Virus record (IMG/VR): IMGVR_UViG_3300045988_041147
Coordinates: 1 to 19,032 of that record
From: a virus
Reading direction: 5' to 3' (one strand)
Length of the DNA stretch: 19,032 bases
The notes under the pieces: generated by a model
Seen by the model: the letters and a program-made list of their open reading frames with translations, nothing else
Told to the model about the DNA's origin: nothing
Database searches by the model: none
Shown here: piece after piece, positions 5,830 to 13,379 of the stretch
Layout of the letters: the number at the start of each line of letters is the position of its first letter
Numbering within the stretch: the first letter of the stretch is position 1
Made by a program: the position numbers and the translations under genes

Positions 5830-6002
5830 ATTGTCTTCTGAGCGTCGATTTTCGGCTGGGGATAACACGGGTCGGACTGCCACGGCTGAGAATGCCGCCG
5901 ACCGTGAACATCACTATCATGGCGGTAGTGCTCTACGATTTTCACTTTGCGCTCACATAAGACAGTCTAGACCCCGCGTGATTGCGGGGTCATTTATTTT
6001 CT
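5830..6002 (+). ncRNA. Candidate structured non-coding RNA of about 170 nt (pRNA-like or regulatory leader)
   Basis: It is bounded by the 5817 promoter and the 5970-6002 terminator. A long-range helix pairs 5830-5837 and 5839-5844 with 5950-5955 and 5959-5966. Internal hairpins lie at 5866-5906 and 5912-5930. No credible ORF is present. Confidence 0.45.
5970..6002 (+). terminator. Intrinsic terminator (GACCCCGC-6 nt-GCGGGGTC followed by ATTTATTTTCT)
   Basis: An 8-bp GC-rich stem and T-rich tail, seen directly. It ends the early/replication transcription unit. Confidence 0.8.
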
Positions 6003-6009
6003 CGCCGCA

Positions 6010-6018
6010 TGATATAAT
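6010..6018 (+). promoter_or_regulatory. Extended -10 promoter (TGaTATAAT) for the morphogenesis genes
   Basis: Exact TGnTATAAT lies 8 nt after the terminator and about 37 nt upstream of the scaffold ATG. There is no obvious -35. Confidence 0.7.
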
Positions 6019-6054
6019 TTTGATGGAAACATTACCGATCATAAGGAGCTTTGC

Positions 6055-6339
6055 ATGGCAGACCCAAACAATGACGGCGAGGAAAACACTACCCCACCGC
6101 CGACCGAAGAGGAACAGCAGACCGAAACCGTAGATGATGAAGTCAAACCGAAGGAGCCGGAACCGGAACCGAAACAGGAACCGGACGTTTCCGCACGACT
6201 CGACTCCATTGAAAAAGAATTGGCTACGTTGAAGGCCATGATGGATACGCTCGGCTACACCGACCCCACCCCATCCGACAATGATAATGGTGGCGACGGT
6301 GATAAGGCGCAAGAGTCCATCGAAGATTTGTTCGACTAA
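6055..6339 (+). CDS. Scaffolding protein, phi29 gp7-like (94 aa, acidic)
   Basis: It lies directly upstream of the MCP gene. It is small, very acidic and helix-prone. AAGGAG RBS upstream. Confidence 0.7.
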   Translation: MADPNNDGEENTTPPPTEEEQQTETVDDEVKPKEPEPEPKQEPDVSARLDSIEKELATLKAMMDTLGYTDPTPSDNDNGGDGDKAQESIEDLFD

Positions 6340-6355
6340 CAGAAAGGTATAAACA

Positions 6356-8071
6356 ATGTCCAATATTCGACCATTGGCCGGTAAGGGTGACGTTGAGATT
6401 TTCAACGCCGTCCGTAACGCCACATCCCCACAGTTCCAAATCCGTATCCCGTCTGTCACGCAGGGCAATATCCGCAATGCGGTGGACACCATGCGTAACT
6501 TCCCCTACTTACGCGATGAGTTCACCGGTGTTTTGATTCAGCGCTTGATCGGCCTGTATATCCAGCATGCTGATTGGGATGACCCGCTCAAGCTGATTGG
6601 CTCCCCCCGCACCCTCAAGCGTTACGGCTCCACGTATGAGCAGGCGGCAGTAGGCTTGGTCAAGGCACGCACCCGTAATTTCAACAAGGAATATCTCGGC
6701 GATGACGTCTACGGACGCTATTCGCTGCCGACCGCAAGCGTATTCCATCCACTGACGTTCGATCATTACTATCCTGTCACTATCCCAGAGGATGCCTTGC
6801 TGACCGCTTTTGACGGCGAATCCGGCATGAGCGATTACATTTCCGAGATTATGAACGCCCCGATCTTGAGTGATCGTAACGACATGTATCTCATGAAAAC
6901 CCAGTGTTTCGCGGAATACGCACGCAAGGGCGGCTTCTACCGTGTCCACACGACGGACGTGGGCGCGGCAAATTCCACCGAAGCGGACGCCAAGGGACTG
7001 TTGCGTCTTATCCAGCAGGTTGCGAACGAGTTGAAGGCGTCTCCAATGTCGGCTATGCCGCGATATAACGCCATGAGCTGGGTGACTCCGTGGCGAGATT
7101 CGGAAGCGATCCTGTTTGCTACGCCGCAGGTGATTGCCGCGCTTAACGTCGAAGCTCTCGCCGCCGCGTTTAATATCGACAAGGTCAATGTGCCGTATCG
7201 TATCATCCCAATTCCGGAAGACATGTTCGGCATTGGCGGGCAGGGCGGCAAGGTGCAGGCCGTGCTCACCACGGAAGACTTCTTCTTCTGCTGGGATGAG
7301 ATGCTGGAAACGACGAACTCTCCCGTGAATCCGATTGACGGCACGCGCAATATCTTCTACAAGCACAGGGGATCTATCACCCCTAATCCGTTTGCCAACG
7401 CTATTCTGTTTTGGACTGGCAAAGATTCCACCCAGTCCGTGACGTTGCCGGATACGCTCACTACATCGAAGCCGGTGTTCGAACTGAAAGTGCAGAAATA
7501 CGGTCAGCCCGCCGTCACACCGCAAAATGTTAACCGTGGCGATTTGGTACAGGTGGTGTCTACCATCGAAAGTGCCAACAAGGCTAAGGCAACGTTCCAG
7601 CCGGTCGGCGTCACCTATGAACTTGAGGGCGCAACCTCGCAGTTTACCATCATTGATAATGACGGTATCCTTCGTTGTGGCCTTGACGAAACCGCAGAAT
7701 CCCTCAAGGTCACCGCACAGGCCACCTATATCAATCCAGCAACCCCCGAAATCGACCAGACCGTTTCCGCCGCGCTGGATGTACCGGTTGTGGGCACTTG
7801 GGTTGGCGGTTTCAAAGTCGGGGCGTTGAATCAAATCCATGTTGACGGATTAAGCGCTGTCAAGCAGGGGGAAAGCATTAAACTGACCGCCTCGACCGTC
7901 ACAGCCGATGGGAATAAGGTTGATATCAGTAACATAGCCAAGTGGGCAGTGGACTCGCACGCCACCGTTGACCAGACTGGCAAAGTTACCGGCGTAAGTG
8001 CCGGAACCGCCAACGTCTCAGCCAAGTTTGCGGGTATGACAGGATATCGTGCTATCACTGTCACCGTCTGA
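6356..8071 (+). CDS. Major capsid protein, phi29 gp8-like, with C-terminal Big_2 Ig-like domain (571 aa)
   Basis: By eye it aligns with phi29 gp8 over several blocks (for example ALLTAF...ISEIMNA and LAAAFNI). The C-terminal ~80 aa (about 7830-8068) show the Big_2 pattern. Confidence 0.93.
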   Translation: MSNIRPLAGKGDVEIFNAVRNATSPQFQIRIPSVTQGNIRNAVDTMRNFPYLRDEFTGVLIQRLIGLYIQHADWDDPLKLIGSPRTLKRYGSTYEQAAVGLVKARTRNFNKEYLGDDVYGRYSLPTASVFHPLTFDHYYPVTIPEDALLTAFDGESGMSDYISEIMNAPILSDRNDMYLMKTQCFAEYARKGGFYRVHTTDVGAANSTEADAKGLLRLIQQVANELKASPMSAMPRYNAMSWVTPWRDSEAILFATPQVIAALNVEALAAAFNIDKVNVPYRIIPIPEDMFGIGGQGGKVQAVLTTEDFFFCWDEMLETTNSPVNPIDGTRNIFYKHRGSITPNPFANAILFWTGKDSTQSVTLPDTLTTSKPVFELKVQKYGQPAVTPQNVNRGDLVQVVSTIESANKAKATFQPVGVTYELEGATSQFTIIDNDGILRCGLDETAESLKVTAQATYINPATPEIDQTVSAALDVPVVGTWVGGFKVGALNQIHVDGLSAVKQGESIKLTASTVTADGNKVDISNIAKWAVDSHATVDQTGKVTGVSAGTANVSAKFAGMTGYRAITVTV

Positions 8072-8089
8072 CATAATCGGTAGGCGATA

Positions 8090-8128
8090 GAATGGGTATG
8101 GGAGCGATTTCATGCCCATTCTTTTTTT
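8090..8128 (+). terminator. Strong intrinsic terminator after the capsid gene
   Basis: An 11-bp stem (8090-8100 with 8111-8121, one G-U pair), a 10-nt loop, then seven T residues (8122-8128). Confidence 0.85.
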
Positions 8129-8141
8129 AGGAGGATTTTTT

Positions 8142-10376
8142 ATGAGCGCTAACGATCTGCCCATTAATTTTTCGTACGCAAAATGGACGCCAAACACCAA
8201 ATTCAAACTCTGTAACGTCCCGTGGGATATGGGCTACCGAGACATAGTCAAATGGGATAAAAACACTCAGCAAGAGTATTTCGACCGTTTGAATGGCATC
8301 GAGTTCACAAATTGCACCATGAGCAAGTACGGACTACCCGTGAGACTGCCCGTGCCTTTTGCGCAAGCGTGTCAATACAATTATCTGATCGCCACGAACG
8401 ACTATGACTTCGACACCCCCCGTAGTTGGTATTATTTCATCCAGACATGCGATTATATCAACGCCAACACCACGCAGCTCAATATCCAGTTGGACGTATG
8501 GCAATCATTCCAGCACGATATTCAATTGGGCAATGCCTATGTGGAGCGCGGCCATGTGGGGGTTGCCAACGAGAACGCATGGAAAGATTATGGCAAAACG
8601 TACCTTGATCTACCTGAGGGGCTTGACACCGGTAAATGCACCGTGCTCACGAATGAGTCATGGCACCCATTGATGGGGGCTAAGTCAAACTCGGAATACT
8701 CGTATGGCATCATCATTGCTACCACGGTAAAACTGGAGGCTGATGCCGGAAACAAAGACAATCCAACCGTACAAAGCGCTACCGGGAGCACGTTTGAGAA
8801 CCAGATGAACGGCACGGAACTCTACTATCTCGATAATACGTCCGATATTTTCAAATTCTTCGGAGCAGGCTCTACGAAACCATGGGCAACGCAAGGAATT
8901 TGTGGAATCTACATGGTGCCGACCATTCCAACGAAAATGCTTGAAAACCATGCCGCCAAAAATCCAAAACTGTTCGGACAGAATGTGCAATGGTCGGGCG
9001 CGTGCTGGCTTTTGACGGGCAATGTTGCAAACTCTTCCGATAGATATGAAGATATTATCGATATTAAGAATTTTCGTGACACATTCCAACTCCCAGCACG
9101 GTACAGGTATTTGAAGAAATTCCTTACCGCCCCATACGCCTACATCGAATGTTCATGCTTGAACGGTACCGTGATCACGTATGAGCCTGAGCAAATTCCG
9201 AGTGCTGACTTGATTATCCGCGAGTCGTGGAATTACGCGCCACCTTCCCCACGCTTGAACTTCTACGCGAGAGGTTATCATGCAGGGAACTTAGGTGAAC
9301 GCCAACCGCTACCAAACGGACTCGGGTTGCCTATCGATACGGGCGACATGCTCAACGCAAGTTTCGGCATCACCAATTTCCCCACCTTCATGGCGGTAAA
9401 CAATGGCAGCGCCCTCGCTCTTGCGAACAGCGCCTACACGCGCCAATACGCCCAGCAATCCGCTGACTGGGGTTATCAGAAAACCCAAATGGGTATCAAC
9501 AACGCTTACGCTCAGGCACAACTTGGAACGCAGTATGCGAGCGCACAGAACAGGTTGGGCTCGTCCAACCGGAACGCCATGAATGCGATCAGCAATCAAT
9601 CTGCGCAGATGGGCACCGATTTGACGTTGAAGAATCTCGGATTCAACAACCAGATGGCGCAGTTGAATACCATCGGATCTGGCATTGCGAACGCCGCCGG
9701 TGCCGCCGTAACCGGCAATATCGGGGGTGTGGCCGGAGCGGCTGCAGGCACCGCCATTGGCGCATGGACAAATCAGCAGACCTACAACAACAACGTGTCA
9801 ACCGCGAACCAGCAATTGGCGAACACGCAGACCACGAACAATGCCAGCACCTCACAGGCCAACGCTTTTTCACTTGCGCAAACCAACTTGAGCAACCAAC
9901 AAACCATGCAGCTTGCCGATATGAACAAACAACTAGCTCAAGCCACGGCGCAAGGCGATTACGAAAACACGATCGCCGGAATCAACGCGCAGGTACAACA
10001 GACCCAAACCGTACCGCCGACCACGTCCGGCGCTCTAGGAGGTGATGCATTCAACTTGGCTAACGGGCTGATCGGTGTCATGGTACGTTTCAGGCAAATC
10101 TCTCCCGCCGCCATGCACGCCATTGGCGAGGTGTGGCTACGCTACGGCTACTATGTGCAACGCTTCATGAAACTGCCTGAAAATCTCATGGCAATGTCTA
10201 ATTTCACATATTGGAAACTGCATGAATTGTATGTGCGTAGTTCGACGTGCCCAGAAGAATACCGTCTTACCGTAAAAGGTATTTTTGAGAGTGGCGTGAC
10301 CGTATGGACCGACCCCGATAAGATTGGTGTCACCGATTATGCGGACAATATGCCACTAGCCGGTATCGCATACTAA
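8142..10376 (+). CDS. Tail knob / distal tube protein, phi29 gp9-like (744 aa)
   Basis: The N-terminal and C-terminal blocks align with phi29 gp9, including the C-terminal ...GVTVWTD.DKIG. It has a central Q/N/A-rich region with a Gly/Ala hydrophobic loop. AGGAGG at 8129-8134 lies 7 nt upstream of ATG 8142; the track start at 8112 lies inside the terminator stem. Confidence 0.9.
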   Translation: MSANDLPINFSYAKWTPNTKFKLCNVPWDMGYRDIVKWDKNTQQEYFDRLNGIEFTNCTMSKYGLPVRLPVPFAQACQYNYLIATNDYDFDTPRSWYYFIQTCDYINANTTQLNIQLDVWQSFQHDIQLGNAYVERGHVGVANENAWKDYGKTYLDLPEGLDTGKCTVLTNESWHPLMGAKSNSEYSYGIIIATTVKLEADAGNKDNPTVQSATGSTFENQMNGTELYYLDNTSDIFKFFGAGSTKPWATQGICGIYMVPTIPTKMLENHAAKNPKLFGQNVQWSGACWLLTGNVANSSDRYEDIIDIKNFRDTFQLPARYRYLKKFLTAPYAYIECSCLNGTVITYEPEQIPSADLIIRESWNYAPPSPRLNFYARGYHAGNLGERQPLPNGLGLPIDTGDMLNASFGITNFPTFMAVNNGSALALANSAYTRQYAQQSADWGYQKTQMGINNAYAQAQLGTQYASAQNRLGSSNRNAMNAISNQSAQMGTDLTLKNLGFNNQMAQLNTIGSGIANAAGAAVTGNIGGVAGAAAGTAIGAWTNQQTYNNNVSTANQQLANTQTTNNASTSQANAFSLAQTNLSNQQTMQLADMNKQLAQATAQGDYENTIAGINAQVQQTQTVPPTTSGALGGDAFNLANGLIGVMVRFRQISPAAMHAIGEVWLRYGYYVQRFMKLPENLMAMSNFTYWKLHELYVRSSTCPEEYRLTVKGIFESGVTVWTDPDKIGVTDYADNMPLAGIAY

Positions 10377-10383
10377 AAGGTAT

Positions 10384-10414
10384 AATGGGGAGAGTGTAAG
10401 AAACTCTCCCCATT
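10384..10414 (+). terminator. Perfect 12-bp hairpin (AATGGGGAGAGT / ACTCTCCCCATT) with a weak A/T-rich tail
   Basis: Seen directly between the tail knob and portal genes. It is followed by ATTATTATGTT rather than a clean U-tract. A TATAAT at 10381-10386 overlaps its 5' arm. Confidence 0.45.
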
Positions 10415-10434
10415 ATTATGTTAGGACGGTGATT

Positions 10435-11373
10435 ATGGGTAAACGTAATAACGCAAGAAAGGCCGCGCACTGGGACAACCAGAGCGTTTTAGGATCCATG
10501 TGGGGTAATCTGAATCTGCCCGAAATGCGGCAGTCGCTCAGAATTAACCAGTATATGAAGCTTATTGAAATGTTGGCGGTAAGTCGGTTCAAGTGGATTA
10601 ATCTACCACCTTATATCGATGAAAGATATTTGGAACTAACACTATTCGAGAATGGTCTAGCCCTCTTTTTCCCCGACAAGCGTAAGGGCGTTAACCGTTT
10701 TATGGTCACGTCCGGTAATATTGGCGGGGTTAACAACTATAATAATCCAACCTTGTTCCAGCCGGTGGCAACCCACTATTCGCACCCTCAGATTGGTAGC
10801 AAGGAATGCGTGCCCATTTGGGATAATCAGCTCAGGTGTACGATGATTGACGTGATGTGGAATTATGCCACGCGCCTTGCTATTGCAGACCGTGCGCTGG
10901 ATGTGAATTTGGACAATATCAGCGTTCCACTCATTATTGCCACGTCCGAAACCAACAAATTGACCGCCCAAAATCTCATGAAGGCGCGTGAAGACGGCGA
11001 CCCATACATTTACACGTATGATTCCGCCGATATTACCGGTATGTTCCAGACATTTCCTAACGTCACGCCGTTTTTGGCGGATAAGATCATCACCACGAAA
11101 ACGCAGATTTGGAACGAACTTGTTAATTACCTTGGCATTGATAACAGCACGACGGAAAAGAAGGAACGACTACTTGAAAGTGAGGTCACGGCGGGAAACT
11201 CACGTACGAACGTGTTTCGCCTGAGCTATCTCAAGGCGCGTCAACAGGCGTGCGATACGATCAACCGACTGTGGCCGCAAATGGCCGACTCGGGATATCC
11301 TATTGGCATTGAATGGAATGACACCACGTCCGGTGGTCTATTGGACGTGGAAGGCAACAAGGAGGAAGAATGA
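10435..11373 (+). CDS. Portal / upper collar connector, phi29 gp10-like (312 aa)
   Basis: Strong by-eye alignment to phi29 gp10: RFKWINLPPYID.., WNELVNYLGIDNSTTEKKERLLESEV, LKARQQACDTIN. ATG 10435 follows AGGACGG; the track start at 10429 is GTG. Confidence 0.95.
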   Translation: MGKRNNARKAAHWDNQSVLGSMWGNLNLPEMRQSLRINQYMKLIEMLAVSRFKWINLPPYIDERYLELTLFENGLALFFPDKRKGVNRFMVTSGNIGGVNNYNNPTLFQPVATHYSHPQIGSKECVPIWDNQLRCTMIDVMWNYATRLAIADRALDVNLDNISVPLIIATSETNKLTAQNLMKAREDGDPYIYTYDSADITGMFQTFPNVTPFLADKIITTKTQIWNELVNYLGIDNSTTEKKERLLESEVTAGNSRTNVFRLSYLKARQQACDTINRLWPQMADSGYPIGIEWNDTTSGGLLDVEGNKEEE

Positions 11374-12185
11374 TGACGCAAGACTTGAGCATGTATGCGA
11401 TCAAAGACAGCATGGCCGACTACACCTTGACGCTCGGCAATCTGATAGACCGTGGGTTTAATACGGACGAAAAACTGCATTTAAGTTCGCAATATTATCC
11501 GATTTTCGATGAAAATTATAGGGCGAAATTGAACGAGAAAATCGTGGCACACTACGCACTGCGCGAAATCGGTTCGGAAACGCCACAAATGTTCGTCTTT
11601 TACTTGGGGCGTACCATGCGTGAACAGATGGAATATTACAATCAGCTCTATTTGTCGGCACAGCGCAAGTTCGACCCGTTTATTACGTCCGATATTCGGC
11701 AGGAAATGGATTCGACCAGTGTTAACGAGTCGAGCGGCAAATCTTCGGGCACGCAGTCCAACGAATCCACTGCCAATAGCACGTCCGATACTACCGCCGA
11801 TAATTCCAGCATGACTTTTAACTCAGAGTTCCCGCAGACTCGTATTGATGATTTTAAGCAATTCGCCACCAGTGCATCACAAACCGACTCGCTCGGTAAC
11901 ACGCATACAACCACCCAGCAGGACAGTACGGCCACCGCAACCAGCACCAGCAACACCGACTATGCGCACTCCTCGGACAAAGGCAATTCAACCTCACACA
12001 CGCTCGGCACCAGCGGTTCACAATCCCAACTCTTGCAGGACTGGCGAAACACCATGCTTAATATCGACCTCATGGTTATTGATTCGTTGGAAAACTTGTT
12101 TATGGGCATGTGGGGCAGTGGCGACAACATGACCAACATACCCCAACTGTATTCCACGTCACTCGCCTATAACTTGGGTCATTAG
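11370..12185 (+). CDS. Lower collar protein, phi29 gp11-like (271 aa)
   Basis: It lies right after the portal gene with an ATGA overlap. The N-terminal YPIFDENYR...REIGSETP...YYNQLY pattern is typical of podovirus lower-collar proteins. It has a central S/T/N-rich low-complexity region. The start could instead be the second ATG at 11373. Confidence 0.7.
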   Translation: MMTQDLSMYAIKDSMADYTLTLGNLIDRGFNTDEKLHLSSQYYPIFDENYRAKLNEKIVAHYALREIGSETPQMFVFYLGRTMREQMEYYNQLYLSAQRKFDPFITSDIRQEMDSTSVNESSGKSSGTQSNESTANSTSDTTADNSSMTFNSEFPQTRIDDFKQFATSASQTDSLGNTHTTTQQDSTATATSTSNTDYAHSSDKGNSTSHTLGTSGSQSQLLQDWRNTMLNIDLMVIDSLENLFMGMWGSGDNMTNIPQLYSTSLAYNLGH

Positions 12186-12217
12186 AGTATACTGGAAAAA
12201 GACAGATAGGAGGATAT

Positions 12218-12817
12218 ATGGACGGAATCAATATGTGCGCCGCCCCCTTGGATATCGACCCGCGACAACGGTATTTCACTACCATTCAGCCGTTCTCGTA
12301 CCGCGATACGCTCACCGTATTGGGCTATGTGCAGGAAGTAGCCGAACATCTCGACCAGCTCAGGGAACAGCTCGACAATCTCGCCAAAGACGAAAACGCC
12401 GACATTGAAGCCATCAAACAGCTGATAGCCGGTTTTAATGAGCAGTTCGAGCGCATCAACAAGACGTTGGATGACTTGGAAAAGCAGGTCGGACAGTACG
12501 AAGACTCTGACTTAACCTATAATCCGACTCGCGGCAAATATGAAGACTCGAAAAGCACGAATCGTGATCTGTACCGAGAGTTGGCAGTGTTCGGGGCGCG
12601 AGTCAATCAAATGGCTCAACTTAGCGTGCCCATGTCGGCGGCGCACACCTGCTTGGAGTTCGCCGTGCTCGGTAACAAAACCATTTTTCACAATGACGAG
12701 CCACGCATCACACCGCGAGACGTGCACGTGGACGATGGGGAGCCGGTCAATCCGCTATCGGTCGAAAACCTTGCCAACGGCGTCGTGGTCAATAATTTCA
12801 TGAAAACCGCTCAGTAA
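12218..12817 (+). CDS. Putative tail/neck structural protein with central coiled coil (199 aa)
   Basis: AGGAGG RBS upstream, a location inside the tail module, and a heptad-like acidic helix (EVAEHLDQLREQLDNLAK...). No recognised domain. Confidence 0.6.
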   Translation: MDGINMCAAPLDIDPRQRYFTTIQPFSYRDTLTVLGYVQEVAEHLDQLREQLDNLAKDENADIEAIKQLIAGFNEQFERINKTLDDLEKQVGQYEDSDLTYNPTRGKYEDSKSTNRDLYRELAVFGARVNQMAQLSVPMSAAHTCLEFAVLGNKTIFHNDEPRITPRDVHVDDGEPVNPLSVENLANGVVVNNFMKTAQ

Positions 12818-12832
12818 TATAAGGAGAGACAA

Positions 12833-13186
12833 ATGGTACAGAAGACACCGAATTATAATCTGGAGAAATATAGCGCGACTGATGCGCCGAATCTCGAAGG
12901 CTCGTACAACCGTTCGATGGACATTCTTGACACGACGCTGAAAACGCAGTCGGATAGGATTGATGCAATCCCGACACCGGAAAGCCTTCCCGAGGGTTTG
13001 AAGGCGTTTGCCACCGCTCTCGGATTGAGCGCCTCGAACGCCAACGCGCTCGGCACCGCGCTTAATCATTTCCTCAACCGTGTCCCCGCAACCGGTGGCG
13101 GACAGTATACCGTCAAAAAACTTACTGATACGAAGGTCACTGCGGAGGGGCTGCCGTTCGTGTCCACTACCTCTTCGGGAGATTGA
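12833..13186 (+). CDS. Short fibre-like protein with conserved N-terminal anchor motif (117 aa)
   Basis: The N-terminus NYNLEKYSATDAPNLEGSYNRSMDILDTTL matches the motif in the next two ORFs. This motif is common at the N-termini of Firmicutes phage tail fibres. Confidence 0.65.
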   Translation: MVQKTPNYNLEKYSATDAPNLEGSYNRSMDILDTTLKTQSDRIDAIPTPESLPEGLKAFATALGLSASNANALGTALNHFLNRVPATGGGQYTVKKLTDTKVTAEGLPFVSTTSSGD

Positions 13187-13191
13187 TAGTT

Positions 13192-13374
13192 ATGGCAGAC
13201 GGTCAGCAGACCACGCCCGTGGATTCCGCCGCGTACGACGTAACCAGACATTGGGGATTACCCCTCTACAATGATGCAACCACCATGGATTTAAGAGACG
13301 GGTACAATCATGCCATGCGTATGATTGACCAGATTTTAACCCAGTTGCAGACTCAAATTCGAGAAAAGGACTGA
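13192..13374 (+). CDS. Anchor-motif-only miniprotein (60 aa)
   Basis: ATG 13192 (the track start at 13183 is TTG). It contains WGLPLYNDATTMDLRDGYNHAMRMIDQIL and almost nothing else. Confidence 0.55.
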   Translation: MADGQQTTPVDSAAYDVTRHWGLPLYNDATTMDLRDGYNHAMRMIDQILTQLQTQIREKD

Positions 13375-13379
13375 CATAA

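Noticed and set aside
5831-6133. 100-aa ORF spanning the polymerase-scaffold gap.
   Set aside because: It has a TTG start and no RBS. It runs straight through an intrinsic terminator and a promoter, then into the scaffold gene out of frame. Its composition is Arg/Pro/Ser-rich and non-protein-like.
6509-7840. 443-aa minus-strand ORF antisense to the major capsid gene. Similar long antisense ORFs occur at 2678-3505, 5953-6492 and 13353-14048.
   Set aside because: They lie entirely opposite well-supported + strand genes with clear phi29 homology. Their composition is Arg/Gly/Val-rich and low in complexity, as expected for antisense frames of GC-rich codons. They have non-ATG or RBS-less starts and no recognisable domains.
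8069-8077. TGACATAAT extended -10-like motif overlapping the capsid gene stop.
   Set aside because: A transcript from here would run straight into the strong terminator at 8090-8128, about 10 nt downstream. The hexamer is imperfect (CATAAT). This is probably coincidental.
8112-8141. ORF-track start of the tail knob gene at 8112 (MPILFLGGFF...).
   Set aside because: That ATG lies in the 3' arm of the terminator stem, and its codons run through the T-tract. A consensus AGGAGG lies 7 nt upstream of ATG 8142.
10381-10386. TATAAT hexamer upstream of the portal gene as a promoter.
   Set aside because: There is no TG extension and no -35, and the hexamer overlaps the 5' arm of the 12-bp hairpin. 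The hairpin or terminator reading is simpler.
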